This document shows, in pieces, positions 31,226 through 41,684 of a stretch of DNA of 64,000 nucleotides (position 1 is the stretch's first letter; every line of letters starts with the position of its first letter). Source of the DNA: Alphaproteobacteria bacterium (GTDB lineage Bacteria > Pseudomonadota > Alphaproteobacteria > GCA-2731375); the NCBI GenBank assembly GCA_965225945.1, contig CBDDBZ010000039.1, positions 128,001 through 192,000 of the forward strand, given 5' to 3'. A program made the translations under genes and the position numbers. A model generated the notes under the pieces. That model ran no database searches, was not told the origin of the DNA, and saw nothing but the letters and a program-made list of their open reading frames with translations.

Positions 31226-32167
31226 CTATTGCCGCTGGAGCGTGGACCGCGCCTCCGCCACCACTTCGAGATGCCGTTCGTGATCGCCGGCGAACCTCAG
31301 CACCAGATGGCTGGCGCCGGCCGCGACGTAGCCGTCGAGCCATGCGCCGAGGCCCTGGGCCGGGCCGGCATAGCAAGCCTGCCGCCGCTTCAGGAGTGCG
31401 GCCGGTTGCCCGTAGTAGTCCTCCAGATAGGAATCGACACGGGCTTCGGCCCGCGCCGCGTCGTCGTCGAGTGCGAGGGTCAGATAGACCGCCCCCACCA
31501 CCGCGTCCGGATTGCGCCCGGCCTCCTCGGCGTGGGCACGGACGGAACGCCACTGGGCGCCCCAACCTTGCGCGTCGGGGCCGGTCGGGAACCAGCCGTC
31601 CATGTGGCGCCCGGCGCGCCTCAACGCTCCCGGGAAGGAGCCGCCACCCCAGATCGGCGGGCCGCCCTCGCGATGCGGCGTCGGGCCTAGCATGGCGCCC
31701 TCGAGCCGCCAGCGGCCGTCCCAATCCACCCGCTCGCCCGACCAGAGGGCTCGGCAGAGCCGCAAACCCTCCATCATCCGGCCGATCCGCTTCTCGAACG
31801 GCACGCCGGCGGCGGTAAATTCGGCACGGATGTTGGCGACGTCCGCGGCAATGCCGACGCCCAGGATCAGCCGCCCCTCGCTCAAGCGGTCGAGCGTGGC
31901 GACCTGATGCGCCAGCAGCACGGGATTGCGGAGCGCCGGCAGCAGCACGGCGGTGCCGAGCGCGATGGCGCCGACCCGACCGGCGACGGCCGCCAGCAGC
32001 GACAGCGGCTCGTGCCGCGGCCGGGCCAGCAGCGAATCACCGACCCAGAGCGAATCGTAGCCGAGCACATTCGCCCGTTCGCACAGCGCGAGGAGCGGCC
32101 CGGTTTCCGGCCGCCCCTGCATGATCCGCTCGCGCGTCGGCAGCAGATACCCGATACGGACCGTCAT
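31226..32167 (-). CDS. LLM-class flavin-dependent oxidoreductase
   Basis: GYDSLWVGDS, LGTAVLLPALRNP, ATLDRLSEGRLILGVG. Confidence 0.9.
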   Translation of the reverse strand: MTVRIGYLLPTRERIMQGRPETGPLLALCERANVLGYDSLWVGDSLLARPRHEPLSLLAAVAGRVGAIALGTAVLLPALRNPVLLAHQVATLDRLSEGRLILGVGIAADVANIRAEFTAAGVPFEKRIGRMMEGLRLCRALWSGERVDWDGRWRLEGAMLGPTPHREGGPPIWGGGSFPGALRRAGRHMDGWFPTGPDAQGWGAQWRSVRAHAEEAGRNPDAVVGAVYLTLALDDDAARAEARVDSYLEDYYGQPAALLKRRQACYAGPAQGLGAWLDGYVAAGASHLVLRFAGDHERHLEVVAEARSTLQRQ

Positions 32168-32276
32168 CGCTCGCTTCCGCGCGGCCGTCCAGCGTCCGGC
32201 GAGGGAGGCAGGCCGTTATCGCGTGATCGGAGCGCTCGGCGATAGGTCGAGAGAATCGGACCACGCCGGCGATCGA

Positions 32277-32570
32277 TCAGCCGCCCGCCGCCTCCACGAC
32301 CACCCGGCCGCGACCGCGCCTCACGGTATAGCCACCCCGGGGAATGCTCTTGATCTTGCCGCTCTCGACCAATCGCATGATCGCCCCGCCGATGGCTTCC
32401 GCAGTCTTGTCGACCGGTTGGGAAACGACCTTGGTCGGGCGGCTTTTCAGCCAGGCCAAAAACGCCTTTTCCGCCAGATCGTCACCGATCGATTTGCGAA
32501 GCGCGTTCAGTTTGCGGAGTTCCATCTTCGAGAGCTCGTTCTCGTTGATCCTCGTCCAGCGTTTCGCCAT
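32277..32570 (-). CDS. Small basic hypothetical protein
   Basis: 97-aa Lys/Arg-rich ORF with AGGA RBS and an AT-rich upstream region. Confidence 0.7.
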   Translation of the reverse strand: MAKRWTRINENELSKMELRKLNALRKSIGDDLAEKAFLAWLKSRPTKVVSQPVDKTAEAIGGAIMRLVESGKIKSIPRGGYTVRRGRGRVVVEAAGG

Positions 32571-32766
32571 TTTACAATGTTCCTAAGTTGCAAAGGGTAG
32601 GGTTGCTTGATAACGCCCATGGCAAATTTTGGCCAGTAAAATTTTCACGAACTCCCTCGCCCAACCCCTATAGTGGCGATTGGGCATCACTGGGGCCCGG
32701 CCGGTTCGCCGTGGGCTCGAAATCGGTAACGCCGGAGTTCGGACGATCATCCGAAGTGGGCGGCGG

Positions 32767-33534
32767 CTACAATACCCGCTCGATCGAGGTGCCGCGCAGG
32801 TCCATCTCGAAATCCAGGCCCGCCACGGGGGGGCGGGCGTAATACCAGGTCAGACCGGCCGTGGCCGCGCCTCGGGCGACGATCTCGTCGGCGAAAAAGG
32901 GGTGGAGGTCGTGAACGGTGTAGACCTGGGTGGCGCTCGCATCGCGCCAGCCCACCCCGAGCCTCGCCATGCGCGCCTCCATGGCGCCCAGGACATATCG
33001 TGCCTTCTCGCGCAATCCCGCGGGCGAGGTGTCGCCGAGACGGATGATGCGCTCCTGGTAGCTTCCCGCTCCTTCCGGCGCCTCGCCGGAGCCGGCGACG
33101 ACGAAATCGGCGCCGCCGCGCCCGCTCGTGGGAACCGTATAGCAAAAGGCCTCGAAGCAAGGCTCGGCCGGCGGCTCGATTTCCGGGCAGACGTTGGAGC
33201 GGGCGATCGGATTGTCTTCGTCGCGAAAGATTTCCCAGTCCGCCAGCGTGGCGACATAGTCCCGGTTGAAATCGACGAAGCCGGTTTCCGTGAACGGCAC
33301 GGGCGAGCGCAATTCGCAGGCGCAGAAGGCGGTTCGCGGTCGGCGAAGCGAGGCGAGATGCGCCTCGATGGCGCGAAACCCCTCGACGATGTTCGGTCGC
33401 CGGGTGAAGCGTGCGCGTTCGATCGCGAAACCGGGCTCTGCCGCCACCCCGCCGGAATACTGGAAAGGGCCGGGAACATAGCGATAGCCACCGGCCTCGA
33501 ACGACTTCGCGTCCCCCAAGGTGATCGCTCCCAA
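32767..33534 (-). CDS. Hypothetical protein, RidA/CnbZ (aminomuconate deaminase)-like
   Basis: QYSGGVAA, CACELRSP, NPIARSNVCP, FVVAGSGE, RPPV.GLDFEMD. Confidence 0.6.
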   Translation of the reverse strand: MGAITLGDAKSFEAGGYRYVPGPFQYSGGVAAEPGFAIERARFTRRPNIVEGFRAIEAHLASLRRPRTAFCACELRSPVPFTETGFVDFNRDYVATLADWEIFRDEDNPIARSNVCPEIEPPAEPCFEAFCYTVPTSGRGGADFVVAGSGEAPEGAGSYQERIIRLGDTSPAGLREKARYVLGAMEARMARLGVGWRDASATQVYTVHDLHPFFADEIVARGAATAGLTWYYARPPVAGLDFEMDLRGTSIERVL

Positions 33535-33543
33535 TCCGCCGAC

Positions 33544-34401
33544 CTAGTGTCCGGCCGCGCCGTTATGGATCACCTCGACTTGATCCCGTGGTACGTAGAA
33601 ATAGGATCCCGGTCTGAACTCATGGCCCAAATCACCCAGCAAGCGGCGTTGCCTGGCCGTGCAGCGATCCTTGACGGCGGAGGTCGTTTCGAAGTCATAG
33701 GCGCGGACGAACATCTGGCAATAGTTGTAAAGCAGCGTCTTGCGGCCCCGACCGGAGGAATTGGGCGACGGTCCGTGCCAGAGCGAGTGGGAAAAGAGAT
33801 AACAGTCGCCGGCCTTGCCGGTGAGCGGGACCGCGCCCGGCGATTGCGGCGATACCACCGGCGTGTCGTCCTCGTCCTCGGGGAAGGGCCGCATGTGGCT
33901 CCCGGGGAAGACCGTGAAGTTGCCGCAATCCGCCCCGTCGACGTCGCTCAGCAGATACATGGCCTTCAGCGCCAGCGGACGGCTGGTCTCTGTCACCCGG
34001 ATGCGCCGCAGGCCCTCGCCACCGTCGGTATGGGTGTAGCCGGGGAAGTCCGGCGTCGAGGCGCGCACGATCGCCTGCGACATCGAGAGCAGAATATGGG
34101 GCCCCATGATGTCGACGATCAGATCGAAAATCCCGGGTCGGTCGATCAGCTCCACGAAAGCGTCGTGATAGGGCAGAATGTCGCGGCGATCCATGAAGGC
34201 CTCGGGGTCCTGACTGGCGCTCCGTTCGACCCAGCCGTAATGGCCGCGCGGCAAGTCCGTCGGCTCCCACCCGGGCTTGCCCCGCATCAAATCGATCTCA
34301 GCGCTGAAAAGCGCCACTTCCTCGGGGGACATGACCCCCTCCAATTGGATGTAGCCGTCGATCGCCCAATCCCGGCGTTGCTTTTCGCTGAGCGTCCTCA
34401 C
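33544..34401 (-). CDS. PhyH-family Fe(II)/2-oxoglutarate dioxygenase
   Basis: HTD, VFPGSH, GD..LF..LWH and R motifs; GGAGG RBS. Confidence 0.88.
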   Translation of the reverse strand: MRTLSEKQRRDWAIDGYIQLEGVMSPEEVALFSAEIDLMRGKPGWEPTDLPRGHYGWVERSASQDPEAFMDRRDILPYHDAFVELIDRPGIFDLIVDIMGPHILLSMSQAIVRASTPDFPGYTHTDGGEGLRRIRVTETSRPLALKAMYLLSDVDGADCGNFTVFPGSHMRPFPEDEDDTPVVSPQSPGAVPLTGKAGDCYLFSHSLWHGPSPNSSGRGRKTLLYNYCQMFVRAYDFETTSAVKDRCTARQRRLLGDLGHEFRPGSYFYVPRDQVEVIHNGAAGH

Positions 34402-34507
34402 CGTCGTCCTCCCCTACATCGCGCCGCGCCAACCTAGCCCAATTTCCTTCCGCGCGGAATCACCCGATTGTCCGCGGCTCTTTCCACCCGCTCGATCAAC
34501 CCCCCGA

Positions 34508-35743
34508 TCAAGCAATGACCCGGCGGGCGGCCAGGTCGTCGAGCGCGGTCTCGTCGAGGTCAGCCAAGTCGGCCAGGATCTCGCGGGTGTGGGTGCCCGT
34601 GGGCGCGGCCGCGCCCTCGTAGCCGGTCTCGGCGGCGCTGAACTTCAAGGGAAAGCCGGCCTGGGCGAGCCCGGGAAGGGGCCCGAGCCTCGGGTGCGCC
34701 ACCGGCTCGATCATGCCTCGGGCGCGAAGCTGGGGGCAACGCAGCAATTCGTCGATTCCCCGCACCGGGCTCGCCACGACTCCCGCCCGGGCGAGCCGCC
34801 GGTCGAGATCCTCGGTGTCGTGCGCGCGCGTCCAGTGCTCGAGCAGCGCGTCGACCTCGCCGTTGTGCTGGACCCGCCAGCCCATCCGGCCCCAGTCTTG
34901 GTGCTCGGCCAAGTCGTCGCGGCCCATCACCGCGCAGATTCCACGCCACATCGCCTCCGTCCCGCAGCAAATCACCATCCAGCCGTCCCGGGTCGGATAG
35001 GCGTTCATCGGCGAGAAGCGCATGACGCGATTGCCCTGGCGCTGCGGCACGCCCAGCGCCTCGTAGCAGTCGAGCGGCTCGTCGAACAACAACGAGAACA
35101 ACACGTCGACCATCGAGACGTCGACGAACTGTCCGAGGCCGGTGCGCTCGCGGTGATAGAGCGCGCCCAGGATGGCGGCGAAGGCGAAGCCGGCGGCGAT
35201 GGTGTCGGCCAGTGGCGAACCCGCCTTCATCGGCGGGCCGTCGGGCGCGCCCGTAATGCTCATCAGGCCGCTCATCGCCTGGGTCGTGACGTCGTAACCG
35301 CGCCGCTTGGCCTCCGGCCCGGTGCTGCCGAAGCCGGTAATTGCGCAATGGACCAGGCGTGGATTGGCCGCCTGGAGCCTCGGCCAATCGATCCCCAGCC
35401 GTGTCGTGACGCCGACCGAGAAGTTCTCGACCACGACGTCCGCCGTCGCGACCAGGCGGAGGAAGAGGGCGTGGCCCTCCTCGGACTTCAGGTCGAGGGC
35501 GATCGACTTCTTGCCCCGACAGCGTTTCAGAAAGGCGATACCGAGGTCGTCCTCGTGACGGCGCTCGATCGACGGTCCGCCGCGCCCATGGAAGATCGGC
35601 GCGCCGGAGAGCGTGTCACCCGTCGCTGGATCGTCGACGCGGATCACCTCGGCGCCGATGCCGGCCAGCAGCAGCGTCGTGTGCGGCCCGGCGAGGAACC
35701 GCGAGAGGTCGAGCACGCGCACGCCGTCGAGAATGCGGCTCAT
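34508..35743 (-). CDS. CaiB/BaiF family III CoA-transferase
   Basis: VRVLDLSRFLAGP, RGKKSIALDLK, DVVVENF, ITGFG, TGLGQFVDVSM; AAGGAG RBS. Confidence 0.92.
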   Translation of the reverse strand: MSRILDGVRVLDLSRFLAGPHTTLLLAGIGAEVIRVDDPATGDTLSGAPIFHGRGGPSIERRHEDDLGIAFLKRCRGKKSIALDLKSEEGHALFLRLVATADVVVENFSVGVTTRLGIDWPRLQAANPRLVHCAITGFGSTGPEAKRRGYDVTTQAMSGLMSITGAPDGPPMKAGSPLADTIAAGFAFAAILGALYHRERTGLGQFVDVSMVDVLFSLLFDEPLDCYEALGVPQRQGNRVMRFSPMNAYPTRDGWMVICCGTEAMWRGICAVMGRDDLAEHQDWGRMGWRVQHNGEVDALLEHWTRAHDTEDLDRRLARAGVVASPVRGIDELLRCPQLRARGMIEPVAHPRLGPLPGLAQAGFPLKFSAAETGYEGAAAPTGTHTREILADLADLDETALDDLAARRVIA

Positions 35744-35825
35744 GGGGGGCTCCTTTTGGAGATGGGGGTCGCGGGCCGGGCCGTCGCGGGAGCCCGGGTC
35801 TCGCGAATCTAGTTTAGCGTCGGGC

Positions 35826-36356
35826 TCAACCGTTGGCGCCGAGCAGGATCTCCTCGGCCCGCGCCACGGCGTCGCGCGCCCGCGCCGCCAGCTCGCCCGG
35901 CGCGGCACTGCTGATCGGATGATCGATGACGACGAAGGGATAGTCCTCCGCCCCCAGCACGCGGGCAATCAGCTCGGCCGCGGTGGTGAATTTCGAGGTC
36001 ATGATGCCGGCCGAGGGGAGTCCCAGCCGCTCGGCGATGATCGCGTCGTGCAAACTGCACGACGAGCAACTGCCTCAATCGCCGATACCGGCGACCAGCG
36101 CGTTCCATCTCTGTGCGTCGTCCAGCAGCCCCGCCTCGGCCGGCGCGCTGTAGTTGGCCTTGGTGAGGCGGATCACCTCGGCGACGCCGTGGTGCTCCAC
36201 CAGTTCGTGCTCGAAGGCGTTGAAGAAAGCCAGCGTGCCCCGCTTGCCGTTCGACAGCAGGGCGATGGTCGCGCCCTCCAGCGTGGTCAGCCGGGGCGCC
36301 AGGGCGAAGGCGCTGGCGCCGCCTTCGTGTGTCGGATCGAGGATTTCGATGCTCAT
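35826..36356 (-). CDS. UGSC-family selenoprotein (TGA at 36075-36077 read as Sec)
   Basis: ORFs 36075-36356 and 35826-36053 are in frame and read GIGD-UGA-GSCSSCSLHD; NGK and HPI motifs. Confidence 0.82.
36044..36064 (-). promoter_or_regulatory. Bacterial SECIS-like hairpin
   Basis: CGUCGUGCA-GUU-UGCACGACG perfect 9-bp stem starting 11 nt after the UGA, with GU in the apical loop. Confidence 0.65.
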
Positions 36357-36402
36357 GCTCTCCCGCTCTCTTCCCTCAAGCTGTGCTCGTGTTCCCGCGG
36401 CC

Positions 36403-37449
36403 TTAACGCCCGCAGTCGATGCAGGCGCCGATCGCCATGGTGACTGCCTGGCTCTTGCTCCCGAACCAAGGCGGGATCACAGCGCCGAAGCCGCCCGCCG
36501 GGCCGCCCGCCGCGATCACCAGCAGATCGTCGGGCCCGGTCAAGGCCGAATATTCCTCCTCACCCCGGTCGCCGACCACGGCGCCCTTGCCGCAGTCCGC
36601 CCACTCGCTTCGCCGGACCCGCGCGGTCCGGTGGACGTAGGCGCGGATGTCGGCCTTGGACCAGCCGGCCCGCTCGAAGTGCGCGCGAAGCTGCGGCGGC
36701 ACGACGATCGCGTAGTTCCCCGGCCAGATCGAATAGTGCCGCATATTGGCCTTGATCTCGGCCGCGAAGGTATCGAGGATCTGCTCCGGCTCGGTGGTCC
36801 ACTCGTTCATCACCTGGCGCGGCGCGCCCGCCGCCATCACCGTCACCGCCGAGACGCCTTCCGGCACCTCGCGTTCCGCCGCCAACGGCAACCAAGGCGA
36901 ATTGGCCTCGTCCTCGGCGATGCAGTAGCTGAACTTGCCCGGATGGCCGAGGGTCGAGCGGTCGATGTCGCCCGGCCGCGCGTCCAGGAGGTTGCAGACG
37001 ATCAGACGGATCGCCCGGCCGATCACGGTCGTCGCCCGGTCGGACGAGGCGAGCACGTTGAAGCTGCCGTCCATCCCCAATTCGTCTCGGACCGGCCCGT
37101 TGACGACGATCAGCAGGGCGCAGCCGCCGGTGCTGGCGGTGGGTCCGTGCAGCATGAAGGACTCCTGCAGCATCGCCGTGAAGGCGGCGACGACGACGGG
37201 GAAGTGCATCGGAAGGCAGCCGGCCATGACCGCGTTGACGGCCAGCTTCTCCGCCGTGATCGGGCGCTCGCGCACCGGCTCGATCCCGATCAGGTGGTCG
37301 CCCGGCAGCAGCACCCCCTCGAGGCAGGCCTGGACGGCAGCGGGCGTCGGCGGCACCACCGGCAGCCCGTCGCTCCAGCCGCGTGAGTGATAGAACTCCT
37401 GGGCCTCGGCCATGTCGTCGACCGCGTATCGCCTCGAGCTCAAGGTCAT
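36403..37449 (-). CDS. Conserved hypothetical protein (UGSC-associated)
   Basis: GWSDGLPVVPPT, EKLAVNAVMAGC, IGRAIRL, STLGHPGK, EDE..SPW. Confidence 0.8.
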   Translation of the reverse strand: MTLSSRRYAVDDMAEAQEFYHSRGWSDGLPVVPPTPAAVQACLEGVLLPGDHLIGIEPVRERPITAEKLAVNAVMAGCLPMHFPVVVAAFTAMLQESFMLHGPTASTGGCALLIVVNGPVRDELGMDGSFNVLASSDRATTVIGRAIRLIVCNLLDARPGDIDRSTLGHPGKFSYCIAEDEANSPWLPLAAEREVPEGVSAVTVMAAGAPRQVMNEWTTEPEQILDTFAAEIKANMRHYSIWPGNYAIVVPPQLRAHFERAGWSKADIRAYVHRTARVRRSEWADCGKGAVVGDRGEEEYSALTGPDDLLVIAAGGPAGGFGAVIPPWFGSKSQAVTMAIGACIDCGR

Positions 37450-37816
37450 GGGTCCGCTCCGCTCATCACCGCCATGCTAGCGCGTTGTCGCGCGGGACTG
37501 AACCTCGCGCGACTACGGTCATCAGGAGTATATCCAGTTCGCCCCGGGCGTGACTGGGCTCGAGCATGATGGCGTTCCACGTCAGTATGCGCGCCCGCGA
37601 GGAAGACCGGGAGTTGGTGACACCGCTGTATGGTCCGGACGGAACCTGGTTGCACAATATTTCGTGATTCGCCCAACTCCCACCACGATGCTCAGTATTG
37701 TTTCGTCAACTCGGAAGTGTCATTTCTAAGCTGTGGAGGGACCCTGAGGGCCATCGAGGGCCGGAGAAGGGTCGCTGGGGGCCCAGGGTGGTCCCGACCG
37801 AGATGAGGCATGGCAG

Positions 37817-38128
37817 ATGCAGCGGGTCCTGAGATGCTATGCGGAAGGGAACAACTCCGGGTGGGAAGCTTTCTGCCTCGAGTTGGATATCGCCATTCAG
37901 GCTGACACCCTGAAGGACGCCATGGATGATCTCCATGGCGCGATCGCAATACATTTAGAATCTGTCATGGACCTGCCGGAGGCAGAGCGCAAACACCTAT
38001 TATACCGTCCAGCCCCGTTGACCATGCGGCTCAAATTCTTCTGGCTCATGGTGAGGGCCATTTTCGCCGGCAGCCGGCGGCCCGACCAGGGGCGCTCTCA
38101 GGGGATTCCTTGGTTCGCGCCAGCGTGA
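37817..38128 (+). CDS. HicB-like / DUF1902-like antitoxin-fold protein
   Basis: WEAFCLELDIAIQADTLKDAMDDLHGAI pattern. Confidence 0.55.
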   Translation: MQRVLRCYAEGNNSGWEAFCLELDIAIQADTLKDAMDDLHGAIAIHLESVMDLPEAERKHLLYRPAPLTMRLKFFWLMVRAIFAGSRRPDQGRSQGIPWFAPA

Positions 38129-38470
38129 CGAGAACGGTCACCGGCGGTGGTGACGATCACGGCCGGACGGAACGTGAAGCGCGTGGACGGTTGCTGGCGG
38201 CGGTCTCCCGAGCAAGCGCTGGCCCGCCTGCCGGTGGCGACCGTCGAGAACGGCCGGTTGACGATCGCAAAGTGGCTACCATACTGAAGCGTCGGCGCGG
38301 TACGCGCGGGACCTCCGCGCGACCGTCACCTCGCCGGGGAATGCGGCCTTTGGCGGCGCCGGTGGGCATGACGATCCGGTGATCGAAGTGGGGTTGGCGC
38401 CCATGGGACCATCACCGTGCTAGCGATCGGGTCGTAAGGCCGGAGTGAGGGGCGGCAGGAGGAAAGAGTC

Positions 38471-38752
38471 ATGGCGAGTGATGACGGGCAGACAAAAGTA
38501 CCGCCGGCCGAGGATCGCCTGGCCCATGACATTTCGACGTTGGAATGCCTCACGGCCTTGGTGCGCGGCACAGTCCACAACGCCCGAGCGCTTCAAGCAC
38601 TTACGCTCATGACGCTCGGCGACGATATGGATCAGAAAGACAACCTAATTAAGGCGATGAAACACCTAGCGGAAGATTCGGACGCAATGCATGAGGCGCT
38701 AAAGGAGTTGACGAAGAATGCCCGACGACGCTTCGACGACGTCAGCCGATAA
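38471..38752 (+). CDS. Hypothetical protein
   Basis: 93-aa ORF with AGGAGG RBS; lower GC. Confidence 0.55.
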   Translation: MASDDGQTKVPPAEDRLAHDISTLECLTALVRGTVHNARALQALTLMTLGDDMDQKDNLIKAMKHLAEDSDAMHEALKELTKNARRRFDDVSR

Positions 38753-38768
38753 CGTCGACCTCGTACTT

Positions 38769-39182
38769 ATGCTGAGGCGAGTTGCGGACCTGACAGAGGA
38801 CCTCGATGCGATGAAGGAGGCGAACCAGCGCCTTGAAACCAGCGCCGGCGGGCGCCATACTGGCGGCATGGAGTCACGGATGGCTAAAGTCGAAGCGGCG
38901 GTCGAGCACATTGACCGCGCGTTCACCGACACGCGTGAAGACATCCGGCAAATCCGCGACAACCTCAGAGTCGACTTCCGCATTCTGTGCGGCGCACTTG
39001 TCGCTGGCTTCCTGATCTTGGCAGGAAGCGGCCTCTTCGCGTACAACCGGTTGGATGACAAGATAGAAAGGCTTGGGGCTCGATTGGTTCGGATCGAGAC
39101 AGCCCTGGTCGCGATCGATGCGAAGTTGGACAGCCTCGCCGCCAAGCCGCTCCCGAAGCGGGCGGCGCTCGTGAAGCCCTAG
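38769..39182 (+). CDS. Hypothetical coiled-coil protein with one TM helix (start uncertain)
   Basis: MESRMAKVEA heptads followed by ILCGALVAGFLILAG. Confidence 0.55.
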   Translation: MLRRVADLTEDLDAMKEANQRLETSAGGRHTGGMESRMAKVEAAVEHIDRAFTDTREDIRQIRDNLRVDFRILCGALVAGFLILAGSGLFAYNRLDDKIERLGARLVRIETALVAIDAKLDSLAAKPLPKRAALVKP

Positions 39183-39404
39183 CCCCCAACTCGTGAAACA
39201 CCCCCCAGCGCCGACGCGATAACCGGAAGGCCCGCATTGAGACCGTGGGTCTCCACGAGCGTCTCCACCGGCTGCCGCCTTACCCAGTCGCCAGCTCCTT
39301 GATCGCCGTGATCACGCGAGGCCAGGTGTCCGTCCCTTCACGTCGCCTTCATCCGATGCGACGACTCCAGCGCCGACGCGCCGGAGGCCTTCGGTTTTAA
39401 CGGC

Positions 39405-41609
39405 TCATAGAAAGTTATACGGGTCGATGTCGATGCGGACGCGGACGTTCGCGGGCGGCGTCACCCGGGCGACCCAGGCCCGCGTCAGCTCGGAGACCCG
39501 CACGCCCCGGCTGGCCTTCAACAACAGCCGGTAGCGGAAGCGTCCGCGCAACAGCGCCAGCGGCGCCGGCGCCGGGCCCAGCACCTGGATATCGCCATCC
39601 CCGGGTGCCGCCCGCGCGAGCGCCGCCGCCGTATCGCGGGCCCGCGGCTCGTCGGGGCCGGAGACCACGAGCGCCACCAGCCGGCCGTAAGGCGGCATCC
39701 CCTGGCGCAGCCGTGCCTCGCCCTCGCGCTCCAGAAAGCGGTCGCGGTCGCCGGAGACCAGGGCCTCCATCACCGGGTGCTCCGGCATGTAGGTCTGCAG
39801 ATAAGCTCGTCCCGGGCGTTCCCCCCGCCCGGCGCGGCCGGCGATCTGGCTCATGAGCTGGTAGGTCCGCTCCGCCGCGCGCAAGTCGCCGCCGGCGAGC
39901 CCCAGGTCGGCGTCGATCACCCCGACGCAGGTCAGCAGCGGAAAATTATGGCCCTTGGCGATGATCTGGGTGCCGATCACCAGATCGATCTCGCCCTGGG
40001 CGATCCGCTCGATCATCGCCTGGGCCGCCCTGGGCCCGTGCACCGTGTCGCTCGCCACCACCTCGGCCCGAGCGGCGGGGAAGAGCTTGGCCGTTTCCTC
40101 CAGGATGCGCTCGACGCCGGGGCCGCAGGCGGTGAAGTCGGCCTCCGCCTCGCAAGCCGGGCAAGCTTCGGGGGGGAGCCTCGAGAAGTCGCAGTGATGA
40201 CAGCGGAGGCGGTCCTGGAATCGATGCTCGACCAGCCAGGTGGCACAGTTGGGACATTCCAGGCGATGCCCGCAGCGCCGGCAGAGGGTGAGCGGCGCGT
40301 AGCCCCGGCGATTGAGGAACAGCAGCGCCTGCTCGCCGGCCGCCAGCGCGCTCCCGATCCGGGCCCTGAGCAGGGGCGAGATCCACTCGCCCGCCGGCAG
40401 GCCGGCGCTCCGCATGTCGATCGCCTCGATTTCCGGCAGCTCCGCCGCGCCCGGCCGGTTGGGCAGCCTCAGGTGGCGGTAGCGGCCGCGCTCCGCGTTC
40501 ACCAGGCTCTCCAGGCTCGGCGTGGCGGAGACCAGCACGATCGGGATTTCGGCCAGCGAGGCCCGGGCCACGGCCATGTCGCGGGCGTGGTAGCAGACCC
40601 CCTCGTCCTGCTTGAAGGCGCCGTCGTGCTCCTCGTCGACGACGATCAGGGCCAAATCCGCGAAGGGCAGGAAGAGGGCCGAGCGGGCACCGACCACCAC
40701 CTTGGCGTCGCCCTCGGCGATGGCCCGCCAGGCCCGCCGCCGCTCGGCTTGGCGCAGATCGGAATGCCAGGTTTGCGGCGGTACGCCGAAGCGGGCTTCG
40801 AAGCGGGCCAGCCACTGCGCGGTGAGCGCGATCTCCGGCAGCAGCACCAGGACCTGCCGGTGCTTGGCCAGCGCCCTGGCGATCGCCTCGAAATAGACCT
40901 CGGTCTTGCCGGCGCCGGTGACGCCGTCAAGCAGCAAAACCGAATAGCCGCCCTTGCGCGCCGCGTCTTCCAGGACCTCGGCGATGTCTTGTTGCTCGGG
41001 CGTGAGCGAGGGTCCTGGACGCCGCCCATCCGGGTCTACGGCCGCGGCCGTGGCCGGCAGCGCGACCTCGGCCAAGGTGGCGCTTCCCACCAGGCCGGTG
41101 ACGACGCTCGCGCCCACGCCCGCCGCCTCCACGATCTCGGCGCGGGTCAGCGCCGGCCCCACCGCCAAGACCTCCAGTACCCGGCGCCGGGCGGGTGTCA
41201 GCCGCTCGGGCGGCGGCCCGGCCAGGCGATAGCCGACCCGGGGCCGCGGTGCCGTCAGCGCCGCCGGCACGCTCATCGCCATCCGCAGCACCGCGCCTGG
41301 ATCGGCGCAGGTGTAGGCCGCCACCCAGTCGATGAAGCGCCGCATGGTCTCGCCCATCGCCGGCACCTCCAGGATTTCGGCGATTCGTTTCAGCTTGGCG
41401 GCGGCAACCGGGGATTCGGGGTTGGCCCCGCCCCGGCCCCAGACGACGCCGGCGACGTGGCGGCGGCCGAGCGGCACCACCACGAAGTCGCCGGGCTCGG
41501 CCCCGCTCTCGGCCCGCGCGTAGTCGTAGGCGCCGGCCAAGGGCAGCGGCAGAAGCACGTGGACGCGATCCCCTCCCGCGCTGGGTGAGGTGGCATGCGC
41601 TTCGGCCAT
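39405..41609 (-). CDS. priA: Primosomal protein N'
   Basis: [14 protein letters not shown], two Zn-binding CxxC pairs, [13 protein letters not shown] terminus. Confidence 0.97.
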   Translation of the reverse strand: MAEAHATSPSAGGDRVHVLLPLPLAGAYDYARAESGAEPGDFVVVPLGRRHVAGVVWGRGGANPESPVAAAKLKRIAEILEVPAMGETMRRFIDWVAAYTCADPGAVLRMAMSVPAALTAPRPRVGYRLAGPPPERLTPARRRVLEVLAVGPALTRAEIVEAAGVGASVVTGLVGSATLAEVALPATAAAVDPDGRRPGPSLTPEQQDIAEVLEDAARKGGYSVLLLDGVTGAGKTEVYFEAIARALAKHRQVLVLLPEIALTAQWLARFEARFGVPPQTWHSDLRQAERRRAWRAIAEGDAKVVVGARSALFLPFADLALIVVDEEHDGAFKQDEGVCYHARDMAVARASLAEIPIVLVSATPSLESLVNAERGRYRHLRLPNRPGAAELPEIEAIDMRSAGLPAGEWISPLLRARIGSALAAGEQALLFLNRRGYAPLTLCRRCGHRLECPNCATWLVEHRFQDRLRCHHCDFSRLPPEACPACEAEADFTACGPGVERILEETAKLFPAARAEVVASDTVHGPRAAQAMIERIAQGEIDLVIGTQIIAKGHNFPLLTCVGVIDADLGLAGGDLRAAERTYQLMSQIAGRAGRGERPGRAYLQTYMPEHPVMEALVSGDRDRFLEREGEARLRQGMPPYGRLVALVVSGPDEPRARDTAAALARAAPGDGDIQVLGPAPAPLALLRGRFRYRLLLKASRGVRVSELTRAWVARVTPPANVRVRIDIDPYNFL

Positions 41610-41684
41610 CCGCTAAACTCCGCCTGGTGATTCGCTGGCGCTCGAGCCGGCTGCCGCGAGGCAAAGCGAGGTGGTCACGAGCCG

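Noticed and set aside
38250-38440. Possible HicA toxin remnant (PVDDRKVATILKR)
   Set aside because: No GSH motif and the similarity is too weak to support by eye
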